Under the pieces are notes generated by a model that saw only the letters and a program-made list of their open reading frames with translations, made no database searches and was not told the DNA's origin. Source: Mobula hypostoma (lineage: Eukaryota). Taken from it: a stretch of 64,000 nucleotides of DNA. Position numbers and translations under genes: made by a program. Every line of letters begins with the position of its first letter. The stretch's first letter is position 1. Location of the stretch: contig NC_086097.1 in the NCBI RefSeq assembly GCF_963921235.1, positions 33,978,001 to 34,042,000 on the forward strand. Direction: 5' to 3'. Below are positions 33,661-47,905 of this stretch, piece after piece.

Positions 33661-36600
33661 TCTCTAAGCCTCCCGGACATCTACATCTGCGCCAAGTGCA
33701 GCGAGATGCAGCTCCTAAGGGACTGTGTTACGGAACTGGAGCTGCAGCTCGATGACCTTCGTCTGGTCAGGGAGAGTGAGGAGTTGATAGAGAGGAGTTA
33801 TAGGCAGGTGGTCACACCGGGGCCACAGGAGGCAGACAAGTGGGTCACGGTTAGGAGGGGGAAGAGGAAGAGTCAGGTAATAGAGAGTACCCCGGTGGCT
33901 GTGCCCCTTGTCAATAGGTACTCCTGTTTGAGTACGGTTGGGGGGGGACAGCTTACCCAGGGGAAGCGACAGTGGCCGTGCCTCCGGCACAGAGTCCGGC
34001 CCTGTAGCTCAGAAGGGTAGGGAAAGGAAGAGGAGGGCAGTTGTGATAGGGGACTCGATAGTAAGGGGGTCAGATAGGTGATTCTGTGGACGCAGTCCAG
34101 AGACCCGGATGGTAGTTTGCCTCCCTGGTGCCAGGGTCCGGGATATTTCTGATCGTGTTCAAGATATCCTGAAGTGGGAGGGTGAGGAGCCAGAGGTCAT
34201 GGTACATATAGGTACCAATGACATAGGTAGGAAAAGGGAAGAGGTCCTGAAAGGAGAATATAGGGAGCTAGGAAGGGAGTTGAGAAAAAGGACCGCAAAG
34301 GTAGTAATCTCAGGATTACTGCCTGTGCCACGCGACAGTGAGAGTAGGAATGCGAAGAGGTGGAGGATAAATACGTGGCTGAGGGATTGGAGCAGGAGGC
34401 AGGGATTCAAGTTTTTGGATGATTGGGACCTCTTTTGGCGCAGGCGTGACCTGTACAAAAAGGACGGGTTACACTTGAATCCTAGGGGGACCAATATCCT
34501 GGCAGGGAGATTAGCGAGGGCTACTGAGGTGACTTTAAACTAGAATGGTTGGGGGGTGGGAATCAAATTAAAGAGGCTAGGCGAGAGGAGGTTAGTTCAC
34601 AACAGGGGGATGGAAACCAGTGCAGAGAGACAGAGGGGTGTAAAGTGAAGGTAGAAGCAAAAAGTAGTAAGGAGAAAAGTAAAAGTGGCAGGCCGACAAA
34701 TCCAGGGCAAGCATCAAAAAGGGCCACTTTTCAACATACTTGTATAAGGGCTAAGAGAGTTGTAAAAGAGCGCCTGAAGGCTTTGTGTGTCAATGCAAGG
34801 AGCATTTGTAACAAGGTGGATGAATTGAAAGTGCAGATTGTTATTAATGATTATGATATAGTTGGGATCACGGAGACATGGCTCCAGGGTGACCAAGGAT
34901 GGGAGCTCAACGTTCAGGGATATTCAATATTCAGGAGGGATAGACATGAAAGAAAAGGAGGTGGGGTGGCGTTGCTGGTTAAAGATGAGATTAACGCAAT
35001 AGAAGGGAAGGACATAAGCTGGGAAGATGTGGAATCGATATGGGTAAAGCTGCGTAACACTAAGGGGCAGAAAACACTGGTGGGAGTCGTGTACAAGCCA
35101 CCTAACAGTAGTAGTGAGGTCGGAGATGGTATTAAACAGGAAATTAGAAATGTGTGCAATAAAGGAACGGCAGTTATAATGGGTGACTTCAATCTACATG
35201 TAGATTGGGTGAACCAAATTGGTAAAGGTGCTGAGGAAGAGGATTTCTTGGAATGTATGCGGGATGGTTTTTTGAACCAACATGTCGAGGAACCAACTAG
35301 AGAGCAGGCTATTCTAGACTGGGTTTTGAGCAATGAGGAAGGGTTAATTAGCAATCTTGTCATGAGAGGCCCCTTGGGTAAGAGTGACCATAATATGGTG
35401 GAATTCTTCATTAAGATGGAGAGTGACATAGTTAATTCAGAAACAAAGGTTCTGAACTTAAAGTGGGGTAACTTTGAAGGTATGAGACGTGAATTAGCTA
35501 AGACAGACTGGCAAGTGACACTTAAAGGATTGATGGTGGATATGCAATGGCAAGCATTTAAGAATTGCATGGATGAACTACAACAATTGTTCATCCCAGT
35601 TTGGCAAAAGAATAAATCAAGGAAGGTAGTGCACCCGTGGCTGACAAGAGAAATTAGGGATTGTATCAATTCCAAAGAAGAAGCATACAAATTAGCCAGA
35701 AAAAGTGGCTCACCTGAGGACTGGGAGAAATTCAGAGTTCAGCAGAGGAGGGCAAAGAGCTTAGTTAGGAAGGGGAAAAAAGATTATGAGAGAAAGCTGG
35801 CAGGGAACATAAAAACTGACTGTAAAAGCTTTTATAGATATGTAAAAAGGAAAAGATTGGTAAAGACAAATGTAGGTCCCCTACAGACAGAAACAGGTGA
35901 ATTGATTATGGGGAACAAGGACATGGCAGACCAATTGAATAATTACTTTGGTTCTGTCTTCACTAAGGAGGACATAAATAATCTTCCAGAAATAGTAGGG
36001 GACAGAGGGTCCAGTGAGATGGAGGAACTGAGCGAAATACATGTTAGTAGGGAAGTGGTGTTGGGTAAATTGAAGGGATTAAAGGCAGATAAATCCCCAG
36101 GGCCAGATGGTCTGCATCCCAGAGTGCTTAAGGAAGTAGCCCAAGAAATAGTGGATGCATTAGTGACAATTTTTCAAAACTCGTTAGATTCTGGACTAGT
36201 TCCTGAGGATTGGAGGGTGGCTAATGTAACCCCACTTTTTAAAAAAGGAGGGAGAGAGAAACCGGGGAATTATAGACCGGTTAGCCTAACGTCAGTGGTG
36301 GGGAAACTGCTGGAGTCAGTTATCAAAGATGTGATAACAGCACATTTGGAAAGCGGTGAAATCATCGGACAAAGTCAGCATGGATTTGTGAAAGGAAAAT
36401 CATGTCTGACGAATCTCATAGAATTTTTTGAGGATGTAACTAGTAGAGTGGATAGGGGAGAACCAGTGGATGCGGTATATTTGGATTTTCAAAAGGCTTT
36501 TGACAAGGTCCCACACAGGAGATTAGTGTGCAAACTTAAAACACACGGTATTGGGGGTAAGGTATTGATGTGGATAGAGAATTGGTTAGCAGACAGGAAG

Positions 36601-37680
36601 CAAAGAGTGGGAGTAAACGGGACCTTTTCAGAATGGCAGGCAGTGACTAGTGGGGTACCACAAGGCTCAGTGCTGGGACCCCAGTTGTTTACAATATATA
36701 TTAATGACTTGGATGAAGGAATTAAATGCAGCATCTCCAAGTTTGCGGATGACACGAAGCTGGGCGGCAGTGTTAGCTGTGAGGAGGATGCTAAGAGGAT
36801 GCAGGGTGACTTGGATAGGTTGGGTGAGTGGGCAAATTCATGGCAGATGCAATTTAATGTGGATAAATGTGAAGTTATCCACTTTGATGGCAAAAATAGG
36901 AAAACAGATTATTATCTGAATGGTGGCTGATTAGGAAAAGGGGAGGTGCAACGAGACCTGGGTGTCATTATACACCAGTCATTGAAAGTGGGCATGCAGG
37001 TACAGCAGGCGGTGAAAAAGGCGAATGGTATGCTGGCATTTATAGCAAGAGGATTCGCGAACAGGAGCAGGGAGGTACTACTGCAGTTGTACAAGGCCTT
37101 GGTGAGACCACACCTGGAGTATTGTGTGCAGTTTTGGTCCCCTAATCTGAGGAAAGACATCCTTGCCATAGAGGGAGTACAAAGAAGGTTCACCAGAATG
37201 ATTCCTGGGATGGCAGGACTTTCATATGAAGAAAGACTGGATGAACTGGGCTTGTACTTGTTGGAATTTAGAAGATTGAGGGGGGATCTGATTGAAACGT
37301 ATAAAATCCTAAAGGGATTGGACAGGCTAGATGCAGGAAGATTGTTCCCGATGTTGGGGAAGTCCAGAACGAGGGGTCACAGTTTGAGGATAAAGGGGAA
37401 GCCTTTTAGGACCGAGATGAGGAAAAACTTCTTCACACAGAGAGTGGAGAATCTGCGGAATTCTCTGCCACAGGAAACAGTTGAGGCCAGTTCATTGGCT
37501 ATATTTAAGAGGGAGTTAGATATGGCCCTTGTGGCTACGGGGATCAGGGGGTATGGAGGGAAGGTTGGTGCAGGGTTCTGAGTTGGATGATCAGCCATGA
37601 TCATAATAAATGGCGGTGCAGGCTCGAAGGGCCGAATGGCCTACTCCTGCCCCTATTTTCTATGTTTCTAAGTTTCTATG
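33661..37680 (+). mobile_element. Young, nearly full-length CR1 LINE: ORF1 (SGNH esterase) + ORF2 (APE + RT)
   Basis: ORF1 motifs VIGDSIVRG, GTNDI, DGLHL. ORF2 34549-37581 has GVPQGSVLGP and FADD and only one in-frame TGA (36928-36930). (tttctatg)n tail. Confidence 0.96.
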
Positions 37681-38013
37681 TTTTTCATCAATGAAATTAC
37701 AGCCGGTTTGGCAAATACTGCGTATCATTTTGTTTGCATTTTTTGTTTTGGTTAGACAAATGTATAGAGCAAAATCCCAAAACAGTGACTTAAAGGATGA
37801 AAGGAGAAATGTTGAAGAGGACAGTGTTACAGACTCTGTATGCCTCTGAGCTTTCAAAATAGGTGGGAATATCAAATCATAAAGTCTGTGTGCCTTGAAA
37901 TAATTAAAACTTAGATAGCAAGGTATTGTTTACTTAAAATTCCAATTTAATTTCCACGAAAGATTGTTTTGTAAGGAGGAAATCTTTGCCATAAGACATT
38001 GTTGAAGACAATC

Positions 38014-38830
38014 AGTACAGGAGTGAGATGCTGTATACCCTCTAGCTGCCTTTTGTTGCAGCGACAACCGGTCACTCAACATCAGTAATTTCAAAGAAAT
38101 GATGGTGGACTTCAAAAAGGGTAAGCTGGGGGAACACACACCAGTCCTCAAAGAGGGATCAGAAGTGAAAAGACAGACCCATTTCAAATTCCGGGGAGTC
38201 AATATCTCTGAGAATCTAACCTGGACCCAACATACTGGTGCAGCTACAAAGAAGGCAACACAGTGGCTGTGTTTCATGAGGAGTTTGAGGAGATTTGGTA
38301 TGTCACCAAAAACACATGCACATTTCTACTATGGAGAGCATTCTAACTGGCTGCATCACCATTTAGTATGGGGGGGGGTGCGGTACAACTGCACAGGATC
38401 AAAATAAGCTGCAGAGAGTTGTAAACTGAGTCAACTCCATTATGGGCACTAGCCTCCGTAGTATCTAGAACACCTTCAAGAAACATTGCCTCAATTAAGG
38501 ATCCCATTACCCATGGCATGACTCGTTCTCATTACTACCACCAGGAAGGAGGTACAGAAGACTGAAGGCACACGCTCAACAATTCAGGAACAGCCTCTTC
38601 CCCTCTGCCATCCAACCTCTGAATGGACATTCAACCCATGAACACTACCTCACTACTTTCTTATTTCTATTTTTGCATTACTTACTTAATTTGAATCTTT
38701 AGTATATATAGATATACTTACTGTAATTAACAGTTCTTTTCTATTATTATGTGTTGCATCGTACTGCTGCCGCAAAGACAACAAGTTTCACAACAGATGC
38801 CGGAGATGTTACAAATGATTCTGACTCTGA
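38014..38830 (+). mobile_element. Rex-like LINE 3' fragment
   Basis: MVDFKK...FKFRGVNISENLTW; attctgactctga tail; absent from the duplicate copy near 45815. Confidence 0.8.
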
Positions 38831-38989
38831 CATATTTTTAATGTTAAACAACTTGCAACACAGGATGTATGAAAGGTATAATATTTGTTTTAAGTTACAG
38901 AGAGAACAAAATATTTTAGGCTTGGTTGAGAAGGTTTTCGGTTGCAGTATAAAATTGTGGTCTTTTTATATTTTTATATTTACTATTAT

Positions 38990-39922
38990 CAGAATAGAAG
39001 GAGAAGTGAGTGAGTATGTGAATATCATGAGAGCAGTCAGGTGAAGCTGTGTCTTTTCGCCAGACTTATTCAACCTGTATAGTGAAAATATCTTGATAAG
39101 TATCAAAGACATCAAAGGATTCACAATTGGAGGCCATAATATAAATAACATCAAATATGCTGAGACATCGTATTAATAGCTGACTCAGAAACAAAACTTC
39201 AAGAACTACTCACTATAGTGGCAGCAGAAAGTAATCACAAATCACTCTCAATCAACACCAAGAAGACAGAAAGCATGGTCACCTCCAGAAAGACAAACAT
39301 CCCACAATGTGTGATCAAGATCGGAAATACAAACATCAAACAGGTCAACAAATTCAAATATCTTGGTAGCCTAAAAACAAGTAATGGCAGGTGCAAAACA
39401 GATATCAAATACAGAATAGCAATGGCGAAAGATTTCCAGAGAATGAAGACCATATTAACAGACAGAATGATGAGCACGTACACTAAAAACACAACACTGC
39501 AGTAGCATTTGTCCTATCCTGATTTATGGAAGTGAATGCTGGACCATTTCTCCAGCAATGGAAAAGAGACTAGAAGCAGCTGAATTATGGTTCTACAGGA
39601 GAATGTTAAAAATATCATGGACCACACACACATCAAATGAAGACGTTCTCAGAAGAGCCCAAGCAGTTCGATCACTCATACCAACAATAAGAGAAAGTCA
39701 ACTCAGATTCCTAGGACACATCATGTAGAAAGATAAACTAGAAAAACTCATACTCTCTGGAAAGATTGAGGGGAGTAAACCTCGGCTTATGTACATCAAA
39801 ATCATAGCCAGGTGGCAACACATCGAGGAAATGGAAGTCATCCAAAAAACGAAGGATAGATCTGCATGGAAAACCATGGTCACCAAAGTCCGCATTGGAT
39901 ATGGTACCCAGACAGACAGACA
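38990..39922 (+). mobile_element. RTE-clade LINE 3' fragment
   Basis: SPDLFNLYSENIL, GGHNINNIKYA, IKQVNKFKYLGS, YGSECW; (caga)n tail; candidate TSD attat. Confidence 0.82.
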
Positions 39923-39973
39923 ATTATTGAAGGACACAGCAAAATGTTACTCTTTACTTTTCTTTGATGATTT

Positions 39974-41708
39974 GATGATATGGAACCAGAGGAAATAGCA
40001 GAGGTACTTAATGAATACTTTACTTCAGTATTCACTATGGAAAACGATCTTGGTGATTGTAGTGATGACTTGCAGCAGACTGAAAAGCTTGAGCACATAG
40101 AAATTAAGAAAGAGGATGTGCTGCAGCTTTTGGAAGCATCAAGTTGGATAAGTTGCCGGGACTGGATAAGATGTACCCCAGGCTACTGTGGGAGGTGAGG
40201 GAGGAGATTGCTGAGTCTCTGGTGATGATCTTTGCATCATCAATGGGGACAGCAGATGTTCCGGAGGATTGGAGGGTTGCGGATGTTGTTCCTTTATTCA
40301 AGAAATGGAGTAGAAATAGCCCAGGAAATTATAGACCAGAGAGTCTTACTTCAGTGGTTAGTAAGTTGATGGAGAAGATCCTGAGAGGCAGGATTTATGA
40401 TCATTTGGAGAGGTATAATATGATTGGGAACAGTCAGCATGGCTTTGTCAAGGGCAGGTCGTGCCTTACGAGCCTGATTGAATTTTTTGAGGATGTGACT
40501 AAACACAGTGATGAAGGAAGAGCAGTAGATAAAGTGTATATGGATTTCAGCAAAGCATTTGATAAGGTACCCCATACAAGGCTTATTGAGAAAGTAAGGA
40601 GGTATGGGATCCAATGGGATATTGCTTTGTGGATCCAGAACTGGCTTGCCCACAGAAGGCAAAGAGTGGTTATAGATGGGTATATACTGCATGGAGGTCA
40701 GTGACTGGTGGCGTGCCTCAGGGATCTGTTCTCGGACCCTTACTCTTTGTGATTTTTAGAAATGACCTGGATGAGGAAGTGGAGGGATGGGTTAGTAAGT
40801 TTGCTGATAACACAAAAGTTGGAGGTGTTGTGGATAGGGTGGAGGGCTGTCAGAGGTTACAGCGGGACATTGATAGGATGCAAAACTGGGCGAGAAGTGG
40901 CAGATGGAGTTCAACCCGGATAAGTGTGAAGTGGTTCATTTTGGTAGGTCAAATATGATGGCAGAATATAGTACTAATGGTTAGACTCTTGGCAGTGTGG
41001 AGGATCAGAGGGATCTTGGGGTCCAAGTCCATTGGACGCTCAAAGCAGTTGCGCAGGTTGACTCTGTGGTTAAGAAGGTATACGGTGTATCGGCCTTCAT
41101 CAATCGTGGAATTGAATTAAGGAGCCGAGAGGTAATTTTGCAGCTATATAGGATCCTGGTCAGACCCCACTTGGAGTACTGTGATCAGTTCTGGTCGCCT
41201 CTCTACAGGAAGGATGTGGAAACCATAGAAAGGGTGCAGAGGAGATTTACAAGGATGTTACCTGGATTAGGGAGCATGCCTTATGAAAACAAGTTGAGGG
41301 AACTCAGCCTTTTCTCCTTGGAGTGACGGAGGATGAGAGGTGACCTGATAGAGGTGTATAAGGTGATGAGAGGCATTGATCATGTGGGATAGTCAGAGAC
41401 TTTTCCCCAGGGATGAAATGGTTGCCACAAGAGGACACAGGTTTACGGTGCTGGGGAGTAGGCACAGAGGAGATGTCAGGGGTAAGTTTTTCACACAGAT
41501 AGTGGTGAGTGCATGGAATGGGCTGCCAGCAACGGTGGTGAAGGCAGATATGATAGGGTATCTTAAGAGACTTTTGGATAGGTACATGGTGCTTAGAAAA
41601 ATAGAGGGTTATGGGTAAGCCTAGTAATTTCTGAGGTAGGGACATGTTTGGCACAACTTTGTGGGCTGAAGGGCCTGTATTGTGCTGTAGGTTTTCTATG
41701 TTTCTATG
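39974..41708 (+). mobile_element. CR1 LINE, 5'-truncated RT half
   Basis: SQHGFVKGRSCLTSLIEFFE, GVPQGSVLGP; (tttctatg)n tail; candidate TSD atgattt. Confidence 0.93.
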
Positions 41709-43330
41709 ATTTTCAGCTATTCTATGTCATAAATGCAAAATGCAGAGCATGAAAAAAAAAGGAAGGAAACCTGGCCAACATCTGCCCACAGACCAATACA
41801 TTTGGCATTACACAAATGATAACTCATTTTTAGTTGGGCAATTTCCTCATTGCTGGAGTATTTCTCTGCTACGGTCAAAAACCAGTTAATGTAGTTTAAG
41901 GGCCAGACCTCTTAACCAGCATTACTTTGCTGCTATTTATGTAGGAACATCAGCCCTGGCAAGAAATTACTTCCATTATGTCCCCAATTAATACGCCTAT
42001 AAAAGTCAAAGTTGTTTTGTTTATCAGCTCCCATTAGGATTGTGGGTCGAATGTGAATAAATTCTAGTATCATAAAGAAATAAGCCCCTTGTAGATTCAG
42101 CATGCAGCAAAAGATTGACATGAACACTAGCATGATGCATGAGAATATAAACATATCATAAAAATATACATATATGCATACAAATAATAAACTGAATTAT
42201 GTTACTTGTATCCTTGTTCTGTTATTTAATGAGGTCATAGCTGATCTGTTTTAACCTACATTCCTGTCTTTCTGCTACAGTATAACGAAAAGGAGCAGTA
42301 CTGGGCCATTCAGCCCATCTAGTCTGCTCTGTCATTCAATTAAGGCTGATTTATATTTCCCACTCAACCTCATTCTCCTGCCTTTGTCCCATAACCTGTG
42401 ACAGTTGTACAGCTCAAAAACCTATCAACTTTGCTTGAAATATACCCAATGAATTGTCCTCCAGAACCTTTTGTGACGACAAATTCCACAGATTCACCAG
42501 CCTCTGGCTAAAGTCCTCACTTTTCCAAAGGGATATCTTTTTATTATGAGGCTGGCCCTCTGGGCCTAGACTTTCTTATGACTGGAAACATCTTCTCCAC
42601 ACCCACTCTATCTAGGCCTTTCAATTTTCGGTAGATTTCAATGTGATACTCCCCTCATCCTTCTAAACTCCAGCAATTACAGACCCTGAACTATCAAATG
42701 CTCCCAATACATTAAAACTTTCATTCTTGGGATTATTCTCATAAACCTCCTCTGGACTCTCTGCAGCCCCAGCATGTCCTTCCTTAGATATGAGGCCGAA
42801 TACTCCAAATGTAGGCTGACCAATGTCTTACAGAGCCTCACATTAATGCTTGCTTTTGTATTCCAGTATTTTTGAAACGAATACCAAGATTGTATTTGCC
42901 TTCTTTACTAATGACTCAATCTTCAAGTTAACCTAAGCAAATCCTGCACTAGGACCCCCCAGCCCCTTGGGAACTCTGATTATAAAATTCTCTCCCCACT
43001 TATAAAATAGTCTACACCTGTATTCCTTCTACCAAAGTGCGTAATTTCACACTTCCCTGTTCTGTATTCCACATGCCACCTTCTGCCACTCTTCCAACAT
43101 GCCTATGTCTTTCTACAGACTCCCTGCCTCCACAACACTATCTGCCCCTCCACCAATCTTGATACCGTCTGCAAACGTGACCATCATGCTATCAGTCCCT
43201 TTATCCAAATCACTAATGCATGAAGTGAAATATTGTTGTCTGAACACTGTAGGACTCCACTCGTCATGGGTAGCCATCCTGAAAAGGTTCCTTTATGTCC
43301 ACTCTCTGACTGCTGCCAGTCAGTCAATAT

Positions 43331-44602
43331 TGTCTGTGTTCTTTTATAAACCCACTGAATCTCACGGCTACCTGCACTATACCTCTTCCCATCTGGCCAC
43401 TTGTAAAAATGCCATCCCCTTCACTCAGTTCCTCCATCTGCACCGCATCTACCTTCAGGATGAGGCTTTTCATTCCAGAACTGATGAGGCATCCTCTGTT
43501 TTCCTTCCTCCACTATCAACATTGCCCTCACCCATATCTCTTCTATTTTGCGCATGTCTGCCCTCACCCCACCCTCCTGCGACCCTACCAGGGACAGGGT
43601 ACCTGTTGTTCTCACCTTCCACCCCACTAGCCTCCGCATCCAGCAAATAATTCTCCGTAACTTCTGCCATCTCGAACAGGATCCCACCACCAAGCACATC
43701 ATTCCTTTCCCCCACTTCCTGCTTTCCGCCCACAGGTACTGCTCCCTGTGTGACCGCCTTCGCCATTCGTCCCTCCCTATGGATCTCCCTCCTGGCACTT
43801 CCCCTTGCATGTGGTACAAGTGCCAGACCTACCCCTACCCCTACACCTCCTCCCTCACTACCACTCAGGGCCCCAAACCAGATGAAGGCGACACTTCAGC
43901 TGTGAGTCCGTTGGGGTCATCTGTTGTATCTGGTGCTCCCGGTGTGGCCTCCTGTATATTGGTGAGACCTGACATAGAACAGGAGACCACTTCAGCAAGC
44001 ACCCATGCTCTGTCTGCCAGAAAAAGTGGCATCTCCCGATGTCCACACATTTCAATTCTACTTCCCATTCCCATTCCATCATGTCAGTCCATGGCCTCCT
44101 TTACTGCTGTGATGAAGCCATATTCAGGTTGGAGGAGCAATACCTGATATTCCATCTGGGTAGCTTCCAACCTGATGATATGATCATTGATTTCTCGAAC
44201 TTCCAGTAATTGCACCCCCAACTCTTTCACCATACCCCCATTTCTGTTTCTCTCTCTCACCTTATCTCCCTACGTGCCCATCATCTTCTCTGGTGCTCCT
44301 CCCCCTTCCCCATCTTCTACTCTCTCTTATCAGATACCTCCTTCTCCAGCCCTTTATCTCTTTCACCAATCATTTCCCAGTTCTTTACTTTACCCCCCTC
44401 CCAGTTTCACCTATTAGCTACCACCTTGTACTCCTTCCTCTCCTCCCCCCACCTTCGCACTCTGACCTCATCTTTTTATCCAGTCCTGATGAAGGGTCTT
44501 GACTGTTTACTATTTTCCATAGATGCTGCCAGGCCTGCTGAGTTCCTCCAGCAGTTTGTGTGTGCTGCTGGGATTTTCAGCATCTGCAGATTTTATTGTG
44601 TT
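43331..44602 (+). mobile_element. Penelope-like element (RT C-terminus + GIY-YIG), degenerate
   Basis: FYKPTESHGYLHYTSSH...KNAIPFTQFL, RVPVVLTFHP, CSRCGLLYIGET; pyrimidine-rich 3' end. Confidence 0.85.
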
Positions 44603-46635
44603 TCTGTCTATGCAATTACTTTGCTTCAAATACCACAGGGTTTTAACTTGTTTAAGAGCCTGGTGTACAGCATCTTATCAAATGCCTTCTGACAATCCAA
44701 GTAAATAACATCCACTGACTCTTCTTTCTCTAACTCAGTTGTTATTTCCTCAAAGTATTCTAACAGCCTTCTAGCCAAGATCTCCCTTAACAAACCCATA
44801 TTGTTTTTGCCCTATTTTAACACGGCTTCCAAATGGTCTATATTTTCTTGTATTTTGCCTCCCTGCCTTTTTCAGTGTCCAGTCATCCCTGTCTCCAGTC
44901 ATTTCTAAAAAGATCACTACTAACACCTTCACAATTTCTTCAACTATTCTCGTTCAGACGTCTGGGATATAATCCAAATTGTGGCTTATCTACCTTCAAG
45001 GCTTTTAGCTTCCTCAGCACCTTCTCCTTAGTAATGACCACTAAATTCACCTCTGCCCCATGATTCTTGAATTTCTGGCATTGTTACTAGTGGCTTCCAC
45101 AATGAAAACTGATGCTAAGTACTTACTTAGTTCCTCCGCCATCTCTCTGTTCCTCAATAGAGCTTCTCCAGTGTCATTTTCCAGTGGTCCAATAATCACT
45201 CTAGCCTCTCTCTTGCTTTTTATGTATCTAACTATTCTTATGTTCCTTTAGTATTATTTGTTTCTAATATTTACTTGAAAATGATTGAAAAACAATCACA
45301 CTATTTAATGTCTTCTTGTTATGCACTTTCTCCAGATAATTAATGTGAAGAAAATATGGAAGAATCGGTACCATTCTTGTTCCTGAGTCACAGGGCTGAG
45401 GGCTCAAGACTCACTTTGGAGACTTGAGCCAGTGTTCACTGATTTTTATAGATCCCCCCCACAAGAACTTAATCATGACTAGTTTTTCATCAATGAAATT
45501 ACGGCCGGTTTGGCAAATACTGCGTATCATTTTGTTTGCACATCCTGCTTTGGTTAGACAAATGTACAGAGCAAGATTCCAAAACAGTGACTTAAAGGAT
45601 GAAAGGAAAAAGGTTGAAGAGGACAGTGGTACAGACTCTGTATGCCTCTGAGCTTTCAAAATAGGTGAGAATATCAAATCATTAAGCCTACGTACCTTGA
45701 AATAATTAAAACTTAGGTTTCAAGCTAACGTTTACTTAAAATTTCAAATTAATTTCCACAAAAGATTGTTTTGTAATGAAGAACTCTCTGCCATAAAACA
45801 TTGTTGAAGATTATCTTTAACATATTTTGAATGTTAAATTACTTGCATATAAAGCCAACACAGCATATATGAAAGGTAATAATATTTGCTTTAAGTTATA
45901 GAGAGAACTAAACATTGTAGGGTTGGTTAAGAAGGTTTTATGCTGCAGCATAAAATTGCAGCCTTTTTATATTTTTATATTTACTATTATTGAATGTTAC
46001 TCTTCATTTTTCTTTGATGATTTTCAGCTATTCTATGTCATAAATGCAAAGTGCAGAGCACAAACAAAAAGGAAAGGAAACCTGGCAACATCTGCCCACA
46101 AACCAATACATTTGGCATTACACAAATGATAACTCATTTTTAGTTGGGCAATTTCCTCATGGCTGGAGTATTTCTCTGCTACGGTCAAAAACCAGTTAAT
46201 GTAGTTTAAGGGCCAGACCTCTTAACCAGCATTACTTTGCTGCTATTTATGTAGGAAAATCAGCCCTGGCAAGAAACTACTTCCATCATGTTTCCATTTA
46301 AGTAATACACCTATAAACATCAGTTATTTTGTTTATCAGCTCCCATTAAGATCTTGGGTTGAATGTGAATAAATTCTAGCATCACAAAGAAATAAGCCTC
46401 TTGCAGATTAAGCATGCAGTAAAATATTGACATGAACACTCGAATGATGCATGAGAATATGAACATATCATAAAAATATACATATATGCATACAAATAAT
46501 AAACTGGATTATATTACTTGTCTCCTTCAACTTGTTCTGCTATTTAATGAGATCATAGCGGATCTTTTTTAACCTCAACTTCCACATTCCTGTCTCTTTA
46601 CTATAACCAAGAGGGACAGTATTGGCCAATCAGCC

Positions 46636-47905
46636 CATCAAGTCTTCTTTGTCTATCCTGCTTTTTATTTCTTCAAAGAATTCCAACAGATTTGTCAGGC
46701 AAGATTTTCCCTTGAGGAAACTATGCTGACTACAGTCCATTTTCTCATGTGCCTCCAAGTACCCTGAGATCACAACCTCAATAATCGACTCCAACATCTT
46801 CCCTACCACTGAGGTCAGATTAACTGGCCTATACTTTCCTTTCTTCTGCCTCTTTCCCTTCCTGAACATTGGAGTGATAATTTGCAGTTTTCCAGACTTC
46901 CAGAACCATTCCAGAATGTGGTGATTCTGGAAAGATCATTACTAATACCTCCACAATCTCTTCAGCCGCCTCTTTCAGAATCCTGGGTTAACACCATCTG
47001 GTCGAGGTGACTTATCTACCATCAGACTTTCAGTTTCCAAAGAGCCTTTTCTGTAGTAATGGTAACTTCACACACTTCATGACTCCTGACACCTAGAACT
47101 TGCCCCATACTGTTAGTGTATTCCACAGTGAAGACTGACGCAAAATCCTTCTTCAATTCGTCCACCTCTTCCTTGTCCTAGATTACTACCTCTCCAGCAT
47201 AGTTTTCCAGTGGTCCAATATCCACTCTCACCTCTCTTTTGCACTTTATGTATCTGAAGAAACTTTGGAATCCTCTTTAATATAATTGGGTAGCTTACTT
47301 TCATATTCTATCTTTACCTTCTTAATAGTTTTTTCATTGCTTGTCTTCTGTTGGTTTTTAAAAGTTTCCCAATTCACTGAAGTTTCCTAATTCCCACAAA
47401 TTTTTGCCATATTATATGCCCTCTTTTTGGCTTTTATGTTGGCTTTGACTTCTCTTGTTAGTCGGGGTTGTGTAATCTTTCCTTTAGAATACTTTTCCCT
47501 CTTTGGGATGTATATATCCTACGCCTCTGAATTGCTTCCAGAAATTATAGCCATTTCTGCTCTTCCATCATCCCTGCCAGTGTTCTTTTCCAATCAATTC
47601 TGGCCAACTCCCCTCTCATGCCTTTGTAATTCCCTTTACTCCACTGTAATACTGATACATCTGACTTTAGCTTCGCCTTTTCAAATTTCAGGGTGACTTT
47701 GATCATATTATGATCACTTTCCCTCAAGAGGTTTGTTTACCTTAAGATCTCTAATCAATTCTGGCTCATTGCACAGCTCCTAATCCAGAATAGCTGATCT
47801 TCTAGTGGGCTCAACTATGAGCTGCTCTAAAAAGCCATCTCATAGGCATTCTAGAAATTGTCCCTCTTCAAATCCAGCACCAACCTGATTCTCCCAATTT
47901 ACCTT
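46636..47905 (-). mobile_element. CR1 internal fragment
   Basis: Minus strand KYRPVNLTSVVGKMLES, ESDHNMIK. Confidence 0.85.

Noticed and set aside
34914..35690. 258-aa minus-strand ORF and similar antisense ORFs
   Set aside because: Shadow frames of CR1 ORF2 with no independent coding signal.
45411..45677. Short ORFs repeated at 37610-37875 and 45411-45677
   Set aside because: They recur only because of the tandem duplication; no splice signals or protein similarity, and copy 1 is interrupted by a CR1.
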